NCBI GenBank assembly: GCA_963783305.1
Contig: CAWAMW010000007.1
Span: forward strand, 416,001-480,000
Length of the DNA stretch: 64,000 bases
Origin: an uncultured Gemmatimonadales bacterium
Lineage (GTDB): Bacteria > Gemmatimonadota > Gemmatimonadetes > Longimicrobiales > RSA9
Direction of reading: 5' to 3'
Positions 21,107 to 29,793 of the stretch are shown in pieces (position 1 is the stretch's first letter; each line of letters starts with the position of its first letter). A program made the position numbers and the translations under genes. The notes below the pieces were generated by a model. It was not told where the DNA came from. It did not search any database and was given only the letters and a program-made list of their open reading frames with translations.

Positions 21107-22468
21107 ATGGCCACAATCCTCTGCGTCGATGACGATCCAGCGATCCTGAGCACGTTCCAGGCGGCTCTGGAGCGCGTCGGTCATCGGGTGATCCCGGTGA
21201 ACAACGCAGCGGCGGGGCTGAAGGTCGTGGGACGGGGCGGGGTGGATCTGATCATCACGGATTACCGGATGCCCGAGATGACGGGGCTCGAGTTCGTGAC
21301 GAAGCTGCGGGCGGAGGGGATCGACACCCCGCTGATCATGGTCACGGGCCACGAGAGCATCGAACACGCGGTCTCGGCCATGAAGGCGGGCGCCACGGAC
21401 TACCTGCCGAAGCCGGTACGCGTCCGGCAGCTCGAGATCGCGGCGGAGCAGGCCCTGGAGCTCTCGCGCCTCCAGCGTGAGAACCGATCGCTCAAGGAGG
21501 AAGTCAGGCAGCTGCGTGGGGATCATTCGATCGTAGGCGACAGCGAGCCACTGAAGCGGGTCATGGAGCTGATCCGCACCGTCGCCCCGACCCGCTCCAC
21601 CGTGCTGATCCAGGGGGAGTCCGGTACCGGGAAGGAGCTGGTGGCACGGGCGCTCCACCACGCCAGCGACCGGAGCGATCACTCCTTCGTCTCGGTGAAC
21701 TGCGCCGCGCTGCCCGAGAGCCTGATCGAGAGCTCCCTGTTCGGCCACGAGAAGGGTGCCTTCACCGGCGCGACGCGGCAGGTGAAGGGCGCGTTCGAGC
21801 GCGCGGACCGCGGCACCCTCCTACTGGACGAGGTCACGGAGATGCGCCCGGACCTCCAGGCCAAGCTGCTCCGGGTCATCCAGGAGCAGGAGTTCGAGCG
21901 CGTGGGCGGCGGCACACCGATCCGGGTAGACGTGCGGATCGTGGCCACGACGAACCGCGACCTGAAGGAGGCGGTGCGCAACGGCGATTTCCGCGAGGAC
22001 CTCTACTACCGCCTCGCCGTCGTCCCCGTCACCGTGCCGCCTCTCCGAGATCGCCTCGGCGATGTGCCCGCCCTCGCCCAGCGCTTCTCCCGCCGCACGG
22101 CCGAGGCGGTGGGCAAGGACGTGCAAGGCGTGTCCGCCGCGGCCATCGAGCACCTCCAGAGCCACCACTGGCCCGGCAACGTCCGGGAGCTCGCGCACGC
22201 GGTGGAGCGCGCGGTGATCCTGAGCACCACACCCGTCCTGGGACCGGATGACTTCGACCTGGCCGCAATCTCGCCGACGTCCAGACCCGCCGCCGGTCCC
22301 GCGGCCCGCCGGGGGGTGCTTACCCTCGAGTCGTTCGATGTCAGGGACGCGGAGGCCGCACTCATCGCGCGGGCGCTGGAGGCCACCGATCAGAACCGGA
22401 CCCAGGCTGCGGACCTCCTGGGCATCAGCGTTCGCACCCTGCGCAACAAGCTGAATCAACCCGACTGA
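21107..22468 (+). CDS. Sigma54-dependent response regulator (NtrC family; probable flagellar activator, FlbD/FleR/FlrC-like)
   Basis: Receiver, GESGTGKE, GAFTGA, WPGNVREL and Fis-type HTH; directly upstream of flgB. Confidence 0.92.
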   Translation: MATILCVDDDPAILSTFQAALERVGHRVIPVNNAAAGLKVVGRGGVDLIITDYRMPEMTGLEFVTKLRAEGIDTPLIMVTGHESIEHAVSAMKAGATDYLPKPVRVRQLEIAAEQALELSRLQRENRSLKEEVRQLRGDHSIVGDSEPLKRVMELIRTVAPTRSTVLIQGESGTGKELVARALHHASDRSDHSFVSVNCAALPESLIESSLFGHEKGAFTGATRQVKGAFERADRGTLLLDEVTEMRPDLQAKLLRVIQEQEFERVGGGTPIRVDVRIVATTNRDLKEAVRNGDFREDLYYRLAVVPVTVPPLRDRLGDVPALAQRFSRRTAEAVGKDVQGVSAAAIEHLQSHHWPGNVRELAHAVERAVILSTTPVLGPDDFDLAAISPTSRPAAGPAARRGVLTLESFDVRDAEAALIARALEATDQNRTQAADLLGISVRTLRNKLNQPD

Positions 22469-22501
22469 CGCACGACCGTCGTCGAAGTTGGCGCGTCCAC
22501 C

Positions 22502-22538
22502 CGGCAAAGCTCTCCCCACTACCCGGCACATCCTGCCG
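22502..22538. promoter_or_regulatory. Paired enhancer-like sites (CGGCA-N5-TGCCG type) upstream of flgB
   Basis: CGGCAAAGCTCTCCC (22502) and CGGCACATCCTGCCG (22524), 22 nt apart, about 160 nt upstream of a sigma54 promoter. Confidence 0.5.
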
Positions 22539-22682
22539 ATCCGCAACGCCAGGACCCCCCCAGCCAGCCTCCGGAAAACGTCTCCGAACCCCCGTTGCGC
22601 TCTGTCCTGAACCTCTGTTCCTCGTACTCCCACAACGACTTCGAGCGGGTCATGCTCTCCTCCTTCGACGCCCGCCCCAGCG

Positions 22683-22697
22683 TGGAACGCCCATTGC
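22683..22697 (+). promoter_or_regulatory. Sigma54 -24/-12 promoter of the flgB operon
   Basis: TGGAAC-GCCCA-TTGC (GG-N10-GC). Confidence 0.75.
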
Positions 22698-22724
22698 CTT
22701 AGCCGATCGCACGAAGGCCCCACA

Positions 22725-23015
22725 ATGCGAACGGTGATGACGCCAATGCTGAACAGGATCCTCGGAAACGAGAGCACCTCCGCCCTCCTCAGGGATGGCC
22801 TGACGGTGGGCAGCCGTCGGGTCCGCGAGGTCGCGGAGCGGGTCGCAAACGCGTCGCGCAACGACTTCGCCACCGAGCTGGAGGCCGCACAGGGGGCGGT
22901 CGACCTGGAGAAGGAGATGGTCAACCTCGCGGACGAACAGCTCCGGTTCGAAGCCACCACGCGACTCCTCCAGAAGGTCTACGCACAGATCCGCTCCAGC
23001 GTACGGGAGCGGTGA
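22725..23015 (+). CDS. flgB: Flagellar basal body rod protein FlgB (short, divergent)
   Basis: VDLEKEMVNLADEQLRFEA C-terminal motif and position before flgC; start uncertain. Confidence 0.75.
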   Translation: MRTVMTPMLNRILGNESTSALLRDGLTVGSRRVREVAERVANASRNDFATELEAAQGAVDLEKEMVNLADEQLRFEATTRLLQKVYAQIRSSVRER

Positions 23016-23521
23016 TGGCGGGCTTGAGCGGCATCGGTGGCGGGTCCCGCCTCTTCCGCGGTCTCGATATCGCCGCGAGCGGGCTGTCGGCCCAGCGGCG
23101 TCGGATCGAAGTGGTGGCGACGAACATCGCCAACGCCGAAACCACGCGCACGGCTGAGGGCGGGGCGTATCGCCGGCAGGTCGTCGCCATGGCCGCCGCC
23201 GACGTGGGCGCGGGTGGCGGGACCGGGCCACTCACTCCGGGGGAGCTCCCGGTCGCCATCCGGGCGGGGGAGCTCCCGGGCGGCGGCGACGCGGAGTCCA
23301 TGGGCGTGGTGGTGACGGGAGTGGAGGAGGTCGAGGGGGAGGGTCCCATGGTATACGACCCCTCGCACCCCGACGCTGGCGAGGACGGCTACGTCCGCTA
23401 CCCGAACGTCCGCATGACGGACGAGCTGGTCACGATGATGGAGGCGCGGCGCCTGTACGAGGCCAACGCCACGGTATTCGATGCGGTCAAGAGCATGCTT
23501 CGGCGTGCCACCGAGATCTGA
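23015..23521 (+). CDS. flgC: Flagellar basal body rod protein FlgC
   Basis: NIANAETTRT, YDPSHPDA, GYVRYPNV and RLYEAN motifs. Confidence 0.95.
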   Translation: MAGLSGIGGGSRLFRGLDIAASGLSAQRRRIEVVATNIANAETTRTAEGGAYRRQVVAMAAADVGAGGGTGPLTPGELPVAIRAGELPGGGDAESMGVVVTGVEEVEGEGPMVYDPSHPDAGEDGYVRYPNVRMTDELVTMMEARRLYEANATVFDAVKSMLRRATEI

Positions 23522-23532
23522 AGAGGAGCGGC

Positions 23533-23883
23533 ATGAGCGTACAGGGGATCGGACCGGGAGCACCGCAGTGGCTGCGGGCGCCGGAGACCACCAGCGCGCC
23601 GAAGGACACGGGCGATGCTGGCAGGGCTCGTGAGCCGCAGGCGCAGCCCTCGCGGGTCGGGAGCGAGGCCACTCTCGCGGTGGCCCCGCCGAGCCCGGGG
23701 CACGCGACCGCGGCCGGCAGCGCCCCGGAGGGCGTGGACGCGGAGCTGTGGAGCCTCCTGACGACAGAGGAGCGCGGGCACTTCGCACGCTTCGCGGCCA
23801 TGGGGGGCGTGACGTACGGCCCCGGCGCCGGCACACCGTCACGGCCGCTGGCGAGCGGGCACCGGCTGGACCTGAAGGTCTGA
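23533..23883 (+). CDS. Hypothetical protein inside the flgBC-fliE operon
   Basis: SD GAGGAG, tightly packed between flgC and fliE; no family recognised. Confidence 0.75.
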   Translation: MSVQGIGPGAPQWLRAPETTSAPKDTGDAGRAREPQAQPSRVGSEATLAVAPPSPGHATAAGSAPEGVDAELWSLLTTEERGHFARFAAMGGVTYGPGAGTPSRPLASGHRLDLKV

Positions 23884-23884
23884 C

Positions 23885-24187
23885 GTGGCGATCCAGGGAG
23901 TAGGCGCGGTTGCCGCCCAGCGTCTCGACACAGGCTCACAGCGGATCGAGGGGCTGAAGAGCGCGGACACGTCCTTCGGCGATGTCCTCAAGGATGCGCT
24001 CGGCGAGGTGTCGCAGCTCCAGGACCAGGCGCGCGACGCGATCGGTGCGTTCCTGCGCGGGGAGCCGGTGGAGTTGCACGAGGTGATGGCCGCCACCGAG
24101 GAGGCCGGGATCGCGCTGGACCTCGTGATCGAGATCCGCAACAAGCTCACCGAGGCGTACCGCTCGGTGATCAACATGCAGGGTTAG
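23885..24187 (+). CDS. fliE: Flagellar hook-basal body protein FliE
   Basis: SFGDVLKDAL, LHEVMAA and EIRNKLTEAYRSVINMQ motifs. Confidence 0.95.
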   Translation: MAIQGVGAVAAQRLDTGSQRIEGLKSADTSFGDVLKDALGEVSQLQDQARDAIGAFLRGEPVELHEVMAATEEAGIALDLVIEIRNKLTEAYRSVINMQG

Positions 24188-24191
24188 GGGC

Positions 24192-25697
24192 ATGGTCGAG
24201 CGGCTGAACACGCTGGCGGGCCGGATCGCGGGGCTCGGCGTGCGGCGCGTGGCGGCGCTGGGCGGTGCGGCGGTCGCCGTGGTCGGGCTCCTGTTGATCG
24301 CCTCGTGGGGCGGCGGCTCCGCCTGGGTCCCCGTGGCCGCCGGGATCCCGCTGGAGCAGATGGGCGAAGTGACGCGCTCGCTGGAGGAGGCGAAGATCGA
24401 GCACCGGCTGGCTGCGGGCGGCGCCCGCGTGGAAGTGCCGGAGCAGGAGCTGGCCCGGGCCCGGGTCGAGCTGGCGAGCCGCGGCCTGCCGGGTCCGACC
24501 GGAAAGGGGTTCGAGCTTTTCGACCAGCCCGCGTGGGGAATGACCGACTTCACGCAGCGGATCAACTACCGGCGGGCACTGGAAGGCGAGCTGGAGCGGA
24601 CGATCGGGGCCATGGAGGGGGTGAAGAGCGCACGCGTCCACCTGGCGCTCCAGCAGAGCTCCGTTCTGCGCGGGGCCCGTCGGCCCGCGGAGGCTTCCGT
24701 GGTGGTGCAGATGGCCTCCGGTGCGCGCCCCACGGCCGGACTGGTGGAGGGGGTCGGCTTCCTGGTGGCGAGCAGCGTGGACGAGCTCTCGAGCGACCAT
24801 GTGACGGTGCTGGACCACTCGGGCCGCCTCATGACCCGGTCGGTGGAGGACGAGGAGGGATTCGGGCTCACGCACCGCCAGCTGGAGCTTCGCAGTGAGG
24901 TGGAGGAGTACCTGGAGGCGAAAGCCGAGGCGCTCGTGAGCGATGTGCTCGGCGCAGGGAACGCCCGCGTCCGCGTGGCCGCCGAGCTGAACCTGGATCG
25001 CGTCGACCGCACCGTCCAGGCGGTGAACCCCGATCAGCAGATGATGACCCGGGAGGAGCGGACGGAGATCACGCCGGGTCCCGAGGACGTGGGTGCGGCG
25101 TCGGTCGCCTACAAGACAGACTTCGCCGCCACCCGCAGTGTAGAGCGCTACACCTCCGGCTATGGGGATGTGAAGCGCCTTTCCGTGGCGCTGCTGCTGA
25201 ACGAGGACGCCGAAAGTGCCGCCGGCGAGAGAGTCGATGCCGATCCGGCACGCCTCCAGGCGCTCGTCGCCGCCGCCATCGGTCTGAATCCGGGTCGCGG
25301 AGACGTGATCTCGGTGGTCAAGGTGCCCTTCGATCGCCCGGCGGCGCTGCCGGAAGGTTCTCCCGGACCGTCCTTCTGGGAGCTATGGGATACCCTCCAG
25401 CGCCCGGTCCTCACGGTGATCGGTCTCCTGCTCGCGTTCGTGCTCGGCATGAAGATGATCCGGTCGCTGGCCGTGGCGCCTCGCGCGCAGTCCAGGGCGC
25501 TGGCGCCGGGCAGCGCGGAATCGGCGGGCGGACTCTCCGCGGCTGCGCCCGGTGCGGCTCCGCCGCTGGACAAGGGTGAGGCGCTCCGGCAGCGGCTGAA
25601 CGAGGTGCAGGCGCAGCGGATGCAGGCGGTTACGTCGGGCGTCATGGAGCGGCCGGACCTGGCTGCCCGCGTCGTCCAGGCCTGGCTGAAGGACTGA
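24192..25697 (+). CDS. fliF: Flagellar MS-ring protein FliF
   Basis: GFELFD, RALEGELERTI, ARVHLA and RLSVALL motifs; two TM segments. Confidence 0.95.
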   Translation: MVERLNTLAGRIAGLGVRRVAALGGAAVAVVGLLLIASWGGGSAWVPVAAGIPLEQMGEVTRSLEEAKIEHRLAAGGARVEVPEQELARARVELASRGLPGPTGKGFELFDQPAWGMTDFTQRINYRRALEGELERTIGAMEGVKSARVHLALQQSSVLRGARRPAEASVVVQMASGARPTAGLVEGVGFLVASSVDELSSDHVTVLDHSGRLMTRSVEDEEGFGLTHRQLELRSEVEEYLEAKAEALVSDVLGAGNARVRVAAELNLDRVDRTVQAVNPDQQMMTREERTEITPGPEDVGAASVAYKTDFAATRSVERYTSGYGDVKRLSVALLLNEDAESAAGERVDADPARLQALVAAAIGLNPGRGDVISVVKVPFDRPAALPEGSPGPSFWELWDTLQRPVLTVIGLLLAFVLGMKMIRSLAVAPRAQSRALAPGSAESAGGLSAAAPGAAPPLDKGEALRQRLNEVQAQRMQAVTSGVMERPDLAARVVQAWLKD

Positions 25698-25701
25698 TCC
25701 C

Positions 25702-26733
25702 ATGGCTTCCAGAACCGTTCCGCTCGGGCTGGAGCAGCTGAAGGGTCGCGAGAAGATCGCGATTCTCCTCATGGCGCTGGGCCCCAAGGCGGCCACGTCC
25801 CTGACCCGATCCCTCTCTGCCGACGACCTGGAGGGGGTCACCCTCGAGATCGCGCGCATGGACACGGTCCCGCCGGAGCTTGCGGAGGCGGTCCTCGAGG
25901 AGTGGTACGAGACGGAACGGGCCGCGGCATCGCTTGCGACGGGAGGAGTGGGCGTGGCCCAGGAGATCCTGGAGGCGGCATTGGGACAGGAGCGGGCGTC
26001 CGCGGTCCTGCAGAGGATCGAGACGCAGCTCAAGGACCGCAGCGGGCTCTACGACCTGCGGAAGGTGGACCCGCAGCAGCTGGCCAGCGTGCTACGGGCG
26101 GAGCACCCGCAGGCCATCGCGCTGGTCCTCGCACACCTGGACTCCGCGCAGACCGCCGCCGTGATCCGGGACCTGGAAGCCGACGTGGGAGCCGACGTCA
26201 TCTATCGGATGGCGCGGATGGACAAGGTCTCCCCGGAGGTGCTGGACGTGATCAAGAAATCGGTGGGCGGGACCTCCGAGCTGTCGCTCTCCCAGGAGCT
26301 GCGGGCAGCGGGCGGGCCCCAGTCGGTGGCGCAGGTGATGAACCTGCTCGCGGGCACGCTGGAGAAGGAGCTCATGAGCCGGCTGTCGGAGCGGGACTCG
26401 CAGCTCACCGACGAGATCAAGGACCTGATGTTCGTGTTCGAGGACATCGTCAAGCTGGATCCGCGAGCGCTCCAGCGGCTGCTGGGTGAAGTGGAGTCCA
26501 AGACGCTGGCGCTGGCGCTGAAGACGGCCACGGAAGAGCTGAAGGGGCGGGTCCAGGAGACCATGTCCCAGCGCGCCCGCTCGGCCCTGACCGAGGAGAT
26601 GGAGTTCCTGGGTCCCGTCCGGCTGAGTGATGTGGAAGCGGCCCAGGCGGAAATCGTGAAGGTGGCACGCTCGCTGGAGGAGGCGGGCGAGATCGTGATC
26701 TCCGGCGGAGACACCGATGTTCTCGTCGAGTAG
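25702..26733 (+). CDS. fliG: Flagellar motor switch protein FliG
   Basis: EHPQAIAL, MFVFEDI and GPVRLSDVEAAQ motifs. Confidence 0.95.
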   Translation: MASRTVPLGLEQLKGREKIAILLMALGPKAATSLTRSLSADDLEGVTLEIARMDTVPPELAEAVLEEWYETERAAASLATGGVGVAQEILEAALGQERASAVLQRIETQLKDRSGLYDLRKVDPQQLASVLRAEHPQAIALVLAHLDSAQTAAVIRDLEADVGADVIYRMARMDKVSPEVLDVIKKSVGGTSELSLSQELRAAGGPQSVAQVMNLLAGTLEKELMSRLSERDSQLTDEIKDLMFVFEDIVKLDPRALQRLLGEVESKTLALALKTATEELKGRVQETMSQRARSALTEEMEFLGPVRLSDVEAAQAEIVKVARSLEEAGEIVISGGDTDVLVE

Positions 26734-27412
26734 GGTCCGCGGCCGCGCCCTCGTGCGCGACCCCGGCAGCCGGGATTCGGCGGTGTGGGAGCCGGACACG
26801 ATCGGGCTGCCGGCCGCGGATGAGTCCGAATCGAGCACCGAAGGTGCGGTCGACGACTCCTTCGATTTCGGCGCGCACGATCCCGAAGTCGACGCGGCGG
26901 AGATGGCCGCGCTGGAGCTCCGCATGCAGATCGACGCGGCGTACGACCGCGGCTACGAGGATGGGCGTGCGGAGGGGAGGGCGGCGGAAGCGACCCGGAC
27001 GGGCGGCGCGGTGAGGGTGCTCGAGGAGGCGACGATTCGCTTTCGTGAGGACGGCCCGCGTTGGCAGGAGGCGCTCCAGCAGAACCTCGTCGCCCTGGCC
27101 ACCGCGCTGGCTCGCGAGATCATCGGTCGCGAGCTGAAGGGGAGCGTTGAGGACCTGAACGGTCTCGTGCAGCGGGCGGTGAGCGAGTTCCCGCTGGAGG
27201 CGGCCGTGCGGATCCGGCTGAACCCGGTGGACCTGACGGCCATCTCGACCCCGCTCGGCGGGAGTGCCACGGAGGCCGGGCGGCAGGTACGCTGGATCCC
27301 GGACCCGGACATCGCTCCGGGCGGCTGCGTGGTGGAGGGTCCCGAATCGATCGTGGACGGCCGCATCGAGAAGGCGCTCGACCGCATCTACTCCAGGCTG
27401 ATCTATGGTTGA
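26717..27412 (+). CDS. fliH: Flagellar assembly protein FliH
   Basis: AYDRGYEDGRAEG GxxxG repeats, IRLNPVD and GGCVVE. Confidence 0.9.
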   Translation: MFSSSRVRGRALVRDPGSRDSAVWEPDTIGLPAADESESSTEGAVDDSFDFGAHDPEVDAAEMAALELRMQIDAAYDRGYEDGRAEGRAAEATRTGGAVRVLEEATIRFREDGPRWQEALQQNLVALATALAREIIGRELKGSVEDLNGLVQRAVSEFPLEAAVRIRLNPVDLTAISTPLGGSATEAGRQVRWIPDPDIAPGGCVVEGPESIVDGRIEKALDRIYSRLIYG

Positions 27413-28724
27413 CGCACTGATCGAAAAGGTCGAGGGCACCGGCCGCTTCGTGCGCTATGGCCGCGTCACCCGCGTCGTCGGGCTGGTGATCGAGGCCACC
27501 GGTCTGACCATCGGAGTCGGTGAGCTGTGCCGGATCCAGAGCCTCACGGGCGACCACACGCTGCTGGCCGAGGTGGCGGGGTTCCATGAGCGGGGCGTGC
27601 TCCTGCTGCCCCTGGGCGAGATCGGCGGAGTACACCCCGGCAGCGCCGTGGAGCCACTCGGCCGGTCCTTCGGTGTGGACGTGGGGCCCGGGCTGCTCGG
27701 GCGGGTCGTGGATGGCCTGGGACGGCCCATCGACGGGAAGCGCGATATCGGCCCCACCACCCGGATGCCGCTCTCCGCTGAGCCGCCGAGCCCGCTGGAG
27801 CGGCAGGAGATCACGGAGCCCCTGACGACGGGCGTCCGCGCCCTGGACGGGATCACGACCATCGCGCGCGGCCAGCGGGTTGGGATCTTCGCCGGCAGCG
27901 GCGTGGGCAAGAGCACGCTCCTCGGCATGATCGCGCGGTACGCTTCTGCGGACGTAAACGTGATCGCGCTGTTGGGGGAGCGGGGCAGGGAGGTGCGCGA
28001 GTTCCTCACGCACTCGCTGGGCGAGGAAGGCCTGGCGCGGTCGGTGGTGGTGGTGGCCACGGGCGATGAGGCAGCCCTGATCCGCGCACGCGGTGCCCTC
28101 GTGGCTACGGCCATCGCGGAGTATTTCCGCGACCAGGGCAAGAGCGTGATGCTGATGGTCGATTCCATCACACGGGTGGCCATGGCGTGGCGCGAGATCG
28201 GCCTGGCCGTCGGCGAGCCCCCGACGACCAAGGGGTACCCGCCGTCGGTCTTCGCCTCCCTTCCGCGGCTCCTGGAACGCGCCGGCAATGGCCGCCGCGG
28301 TGGGATCACCGGGATCTACACGGTCCTGGTGGAGGGGGACGACTTCAACGAGCCGGTCGCCGATGCCGCCCGCTCCATACTCGACGGCCACATCATGCTG
28401 AGCCGCAAGCTGGCGTCCGCGGGGCACTATCCGGCGATCGACGTGCTGGAGAGCGTGAGTCGGGTCCGGAACTCCGTCATCGGCGAGGCCCATCGGCGGG
28501 CCGCGGACGCCGTCACGGCGCACCTGGCGACGTATCGGGCCCGGGAGGACCTGATCTCCGTGGGCGCCTACCAGGCCGGCTCGGATCCCGCCCTGGATGC
28601 GGCCATCGCGCTGCGCGATCCCATCAACGCGTTCCTGCGACAGGACGCCGACGAACACACACCCCTCGCCGAGACACGGGACCATCTCGTGGCCATGATC
28701 GGCGTGGAGGAGGCAGAGGCTTGA
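27405..28724 (+). CDS. fliI: Flagellar export ATPase FliI
   Basis: Walker A GSGVGKS, GERGREV, DSITR and ILDGHI motifs. Confidence 0.95.
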   Translation: MVDALIEKVEGTGRFVRYGRVTRVVGLVIEATGLTIGVGELCRIQSLTGDHTLLAEVAGFHERGVLLLPLGEIGGVHPGSAVEPLGRSFGVDVGPGLLGRVVDGLGRPIDGKRDIGPTTRMPLSAEPPSPLERQEITEPLTTGVRALDGITTIARGQRVGIFAGSGVGKSTLLGMIARYASADVNVIALLGERGREVREFLTHSLGEEGLARSVVVVATGDEAALIRARGALVATAIAEYFRDQGKSVMLMVDSITRVAMAWREIGLAVGEPPTTKGYPPSVFASLPRLLERAGNGRRGGITGIYTVLVEGDDFNEPVADAARSILDGHIMLSRKLASAGHYPAIDVLESVSRVRNSVIGEAHRRAADAVTAHLATYRAREDLISVGAYQAGSDPALDAAIALRDPINAFLRQDADEHTPLAETRDHLVAMIGVEEAEA

Positions 28725-29179
28725 GCACGTTCCGATTCGGACTCCAGTCGGTCCTGGAGCTGCGCGAGGACCAGGAGCAGACGCAGGCGCTGGCGCTGGC
28801 GGACGCGGAGCGGCGCGCGGAAGAGGCGCGCCGGCGCCTGGAGGAGATCCGTCTCGTCCGCGCCGAGGAGGCGGCGAAGCTGATGCGCGCCCATTCCGAG
28901 GGCCAGCCGGTAGGGCAGCTGCGCAACCGCGGGCGGGTGATCGAGCAGATCGCGGACTGGGTCCGCAGCGCCGAGGCCGAGGTCGAGCAGGCAGCTCAAT
29001 CGGTGGAGCGGAAGCGGCGAGATCTCGTGGCGGCCATGACCGAGCGTCGTGTCATGGACCAGCTGAAGGAGCGGAAGCAGCACGCGTGGCGTGTCGCCGC
29101 AGACGGGGACGAAAGAAAGCTCATGGACGAGGTCGCCCTTGGCATCTTCCAGCGGCGACGCAGTGAGGGGACGCCATGA
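28721..29179 (+). CDS. fliJ: Flagellar export protein FliJ
   Basis: TTG start overlapping the fliI stop; FRFGLQSVLELRE, coiled coil, ERKLMDE. Confidence 0.9.
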   Translation: MSTFRFGLQSVLELREDQEQTQALALADAERRAEEARRRLEEIRLVRAEEAAKLMRAHSEGQPVGQLRNRGRVIEQIADWVRSAEAEVEQAAQSVERKRRDLVAAMTERRVMDQLKERKQHAWRVAADGDERKLMDEVALGIFQRRRSEGTP

Positions 29180-29793
29180 AGAGAATGATCCTGGCCGGCG
29201 CGGCACTGCTTGTTGGCGTCGCCGCCGGCACGGGCTGGTCCGTCGTGAACCACGAGCCCACCCCGGTGGGTGCGGATTCGCTCGCCAGCCACGAAGCTCC
29301 TCACGACGGCGAAGCCGCCGGTGGAACCGCGGTCGCGGGGGAAGCGGTCGCAGAGATCGCCCGGGACAGTGCTCGCGGCGGCCTGGCCGGCACTGTGGAC
29401 GACTCCACGGAGAGCGATTCGCTCGCGACGCGGGTCGATCCACCCGCGCAGCAGGGCGCGCCCCCGTTCGCCGCTTCGCAGGATCCCCTCCTGACCGTCC
29501 CGGGAGAGCCGGCGACCGCTGCCGGCGGGCCGGTTGCCGCCGGTCCGGTCGTTCCCTCGACGGAGGATGAACCCCAGGTCGGGGACGCAGGGGCGGACCA
29601 GCTCGCGCGGATCTTCTCTTCCATGCAGGCTCGGGATGCGGCGCGCGTCCTGGCCCGCATGGAAGACGACGCGGTCCGGGCGATCCTGACCCGGATGGGC
29701 GCCCGGCAGGCTGCCGCGGTCCTCACGAACATGGAGCCCGAGCGCGCGGCGGGGTTGAGCCGATCGGTTCTGGAGAGCGGAGGCACACCGTGA
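29176..29793 (+). CDS. MotE/MgtE_N-like flagellar protein (YlxF/FlbB-like)
   Basis: N-terminal TM and C-terminal LARIFSSMQARDAARVL...M..RQAAAVLTNMEPERAA repeats; position between fliJ and fliK. Confidence 0.75.
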   Translation: MKRMILAGAALLVGVAAGTGWSVVNHEPTPVGADSLASHEAPHDGEAAGGTAVAGEAVAEIARDSARGGLAGTVDDSTESDSLATRVDPPAQQGAPPFAASQDPLLTVPGEPATAAGGPVAAGPVVPSTEDEPQVGDAGADQLARIFSSMQARDAARVLARMEDDAVRAILTRMGARQAAAVLTNMEPERAAGLSRSVLESGGTP

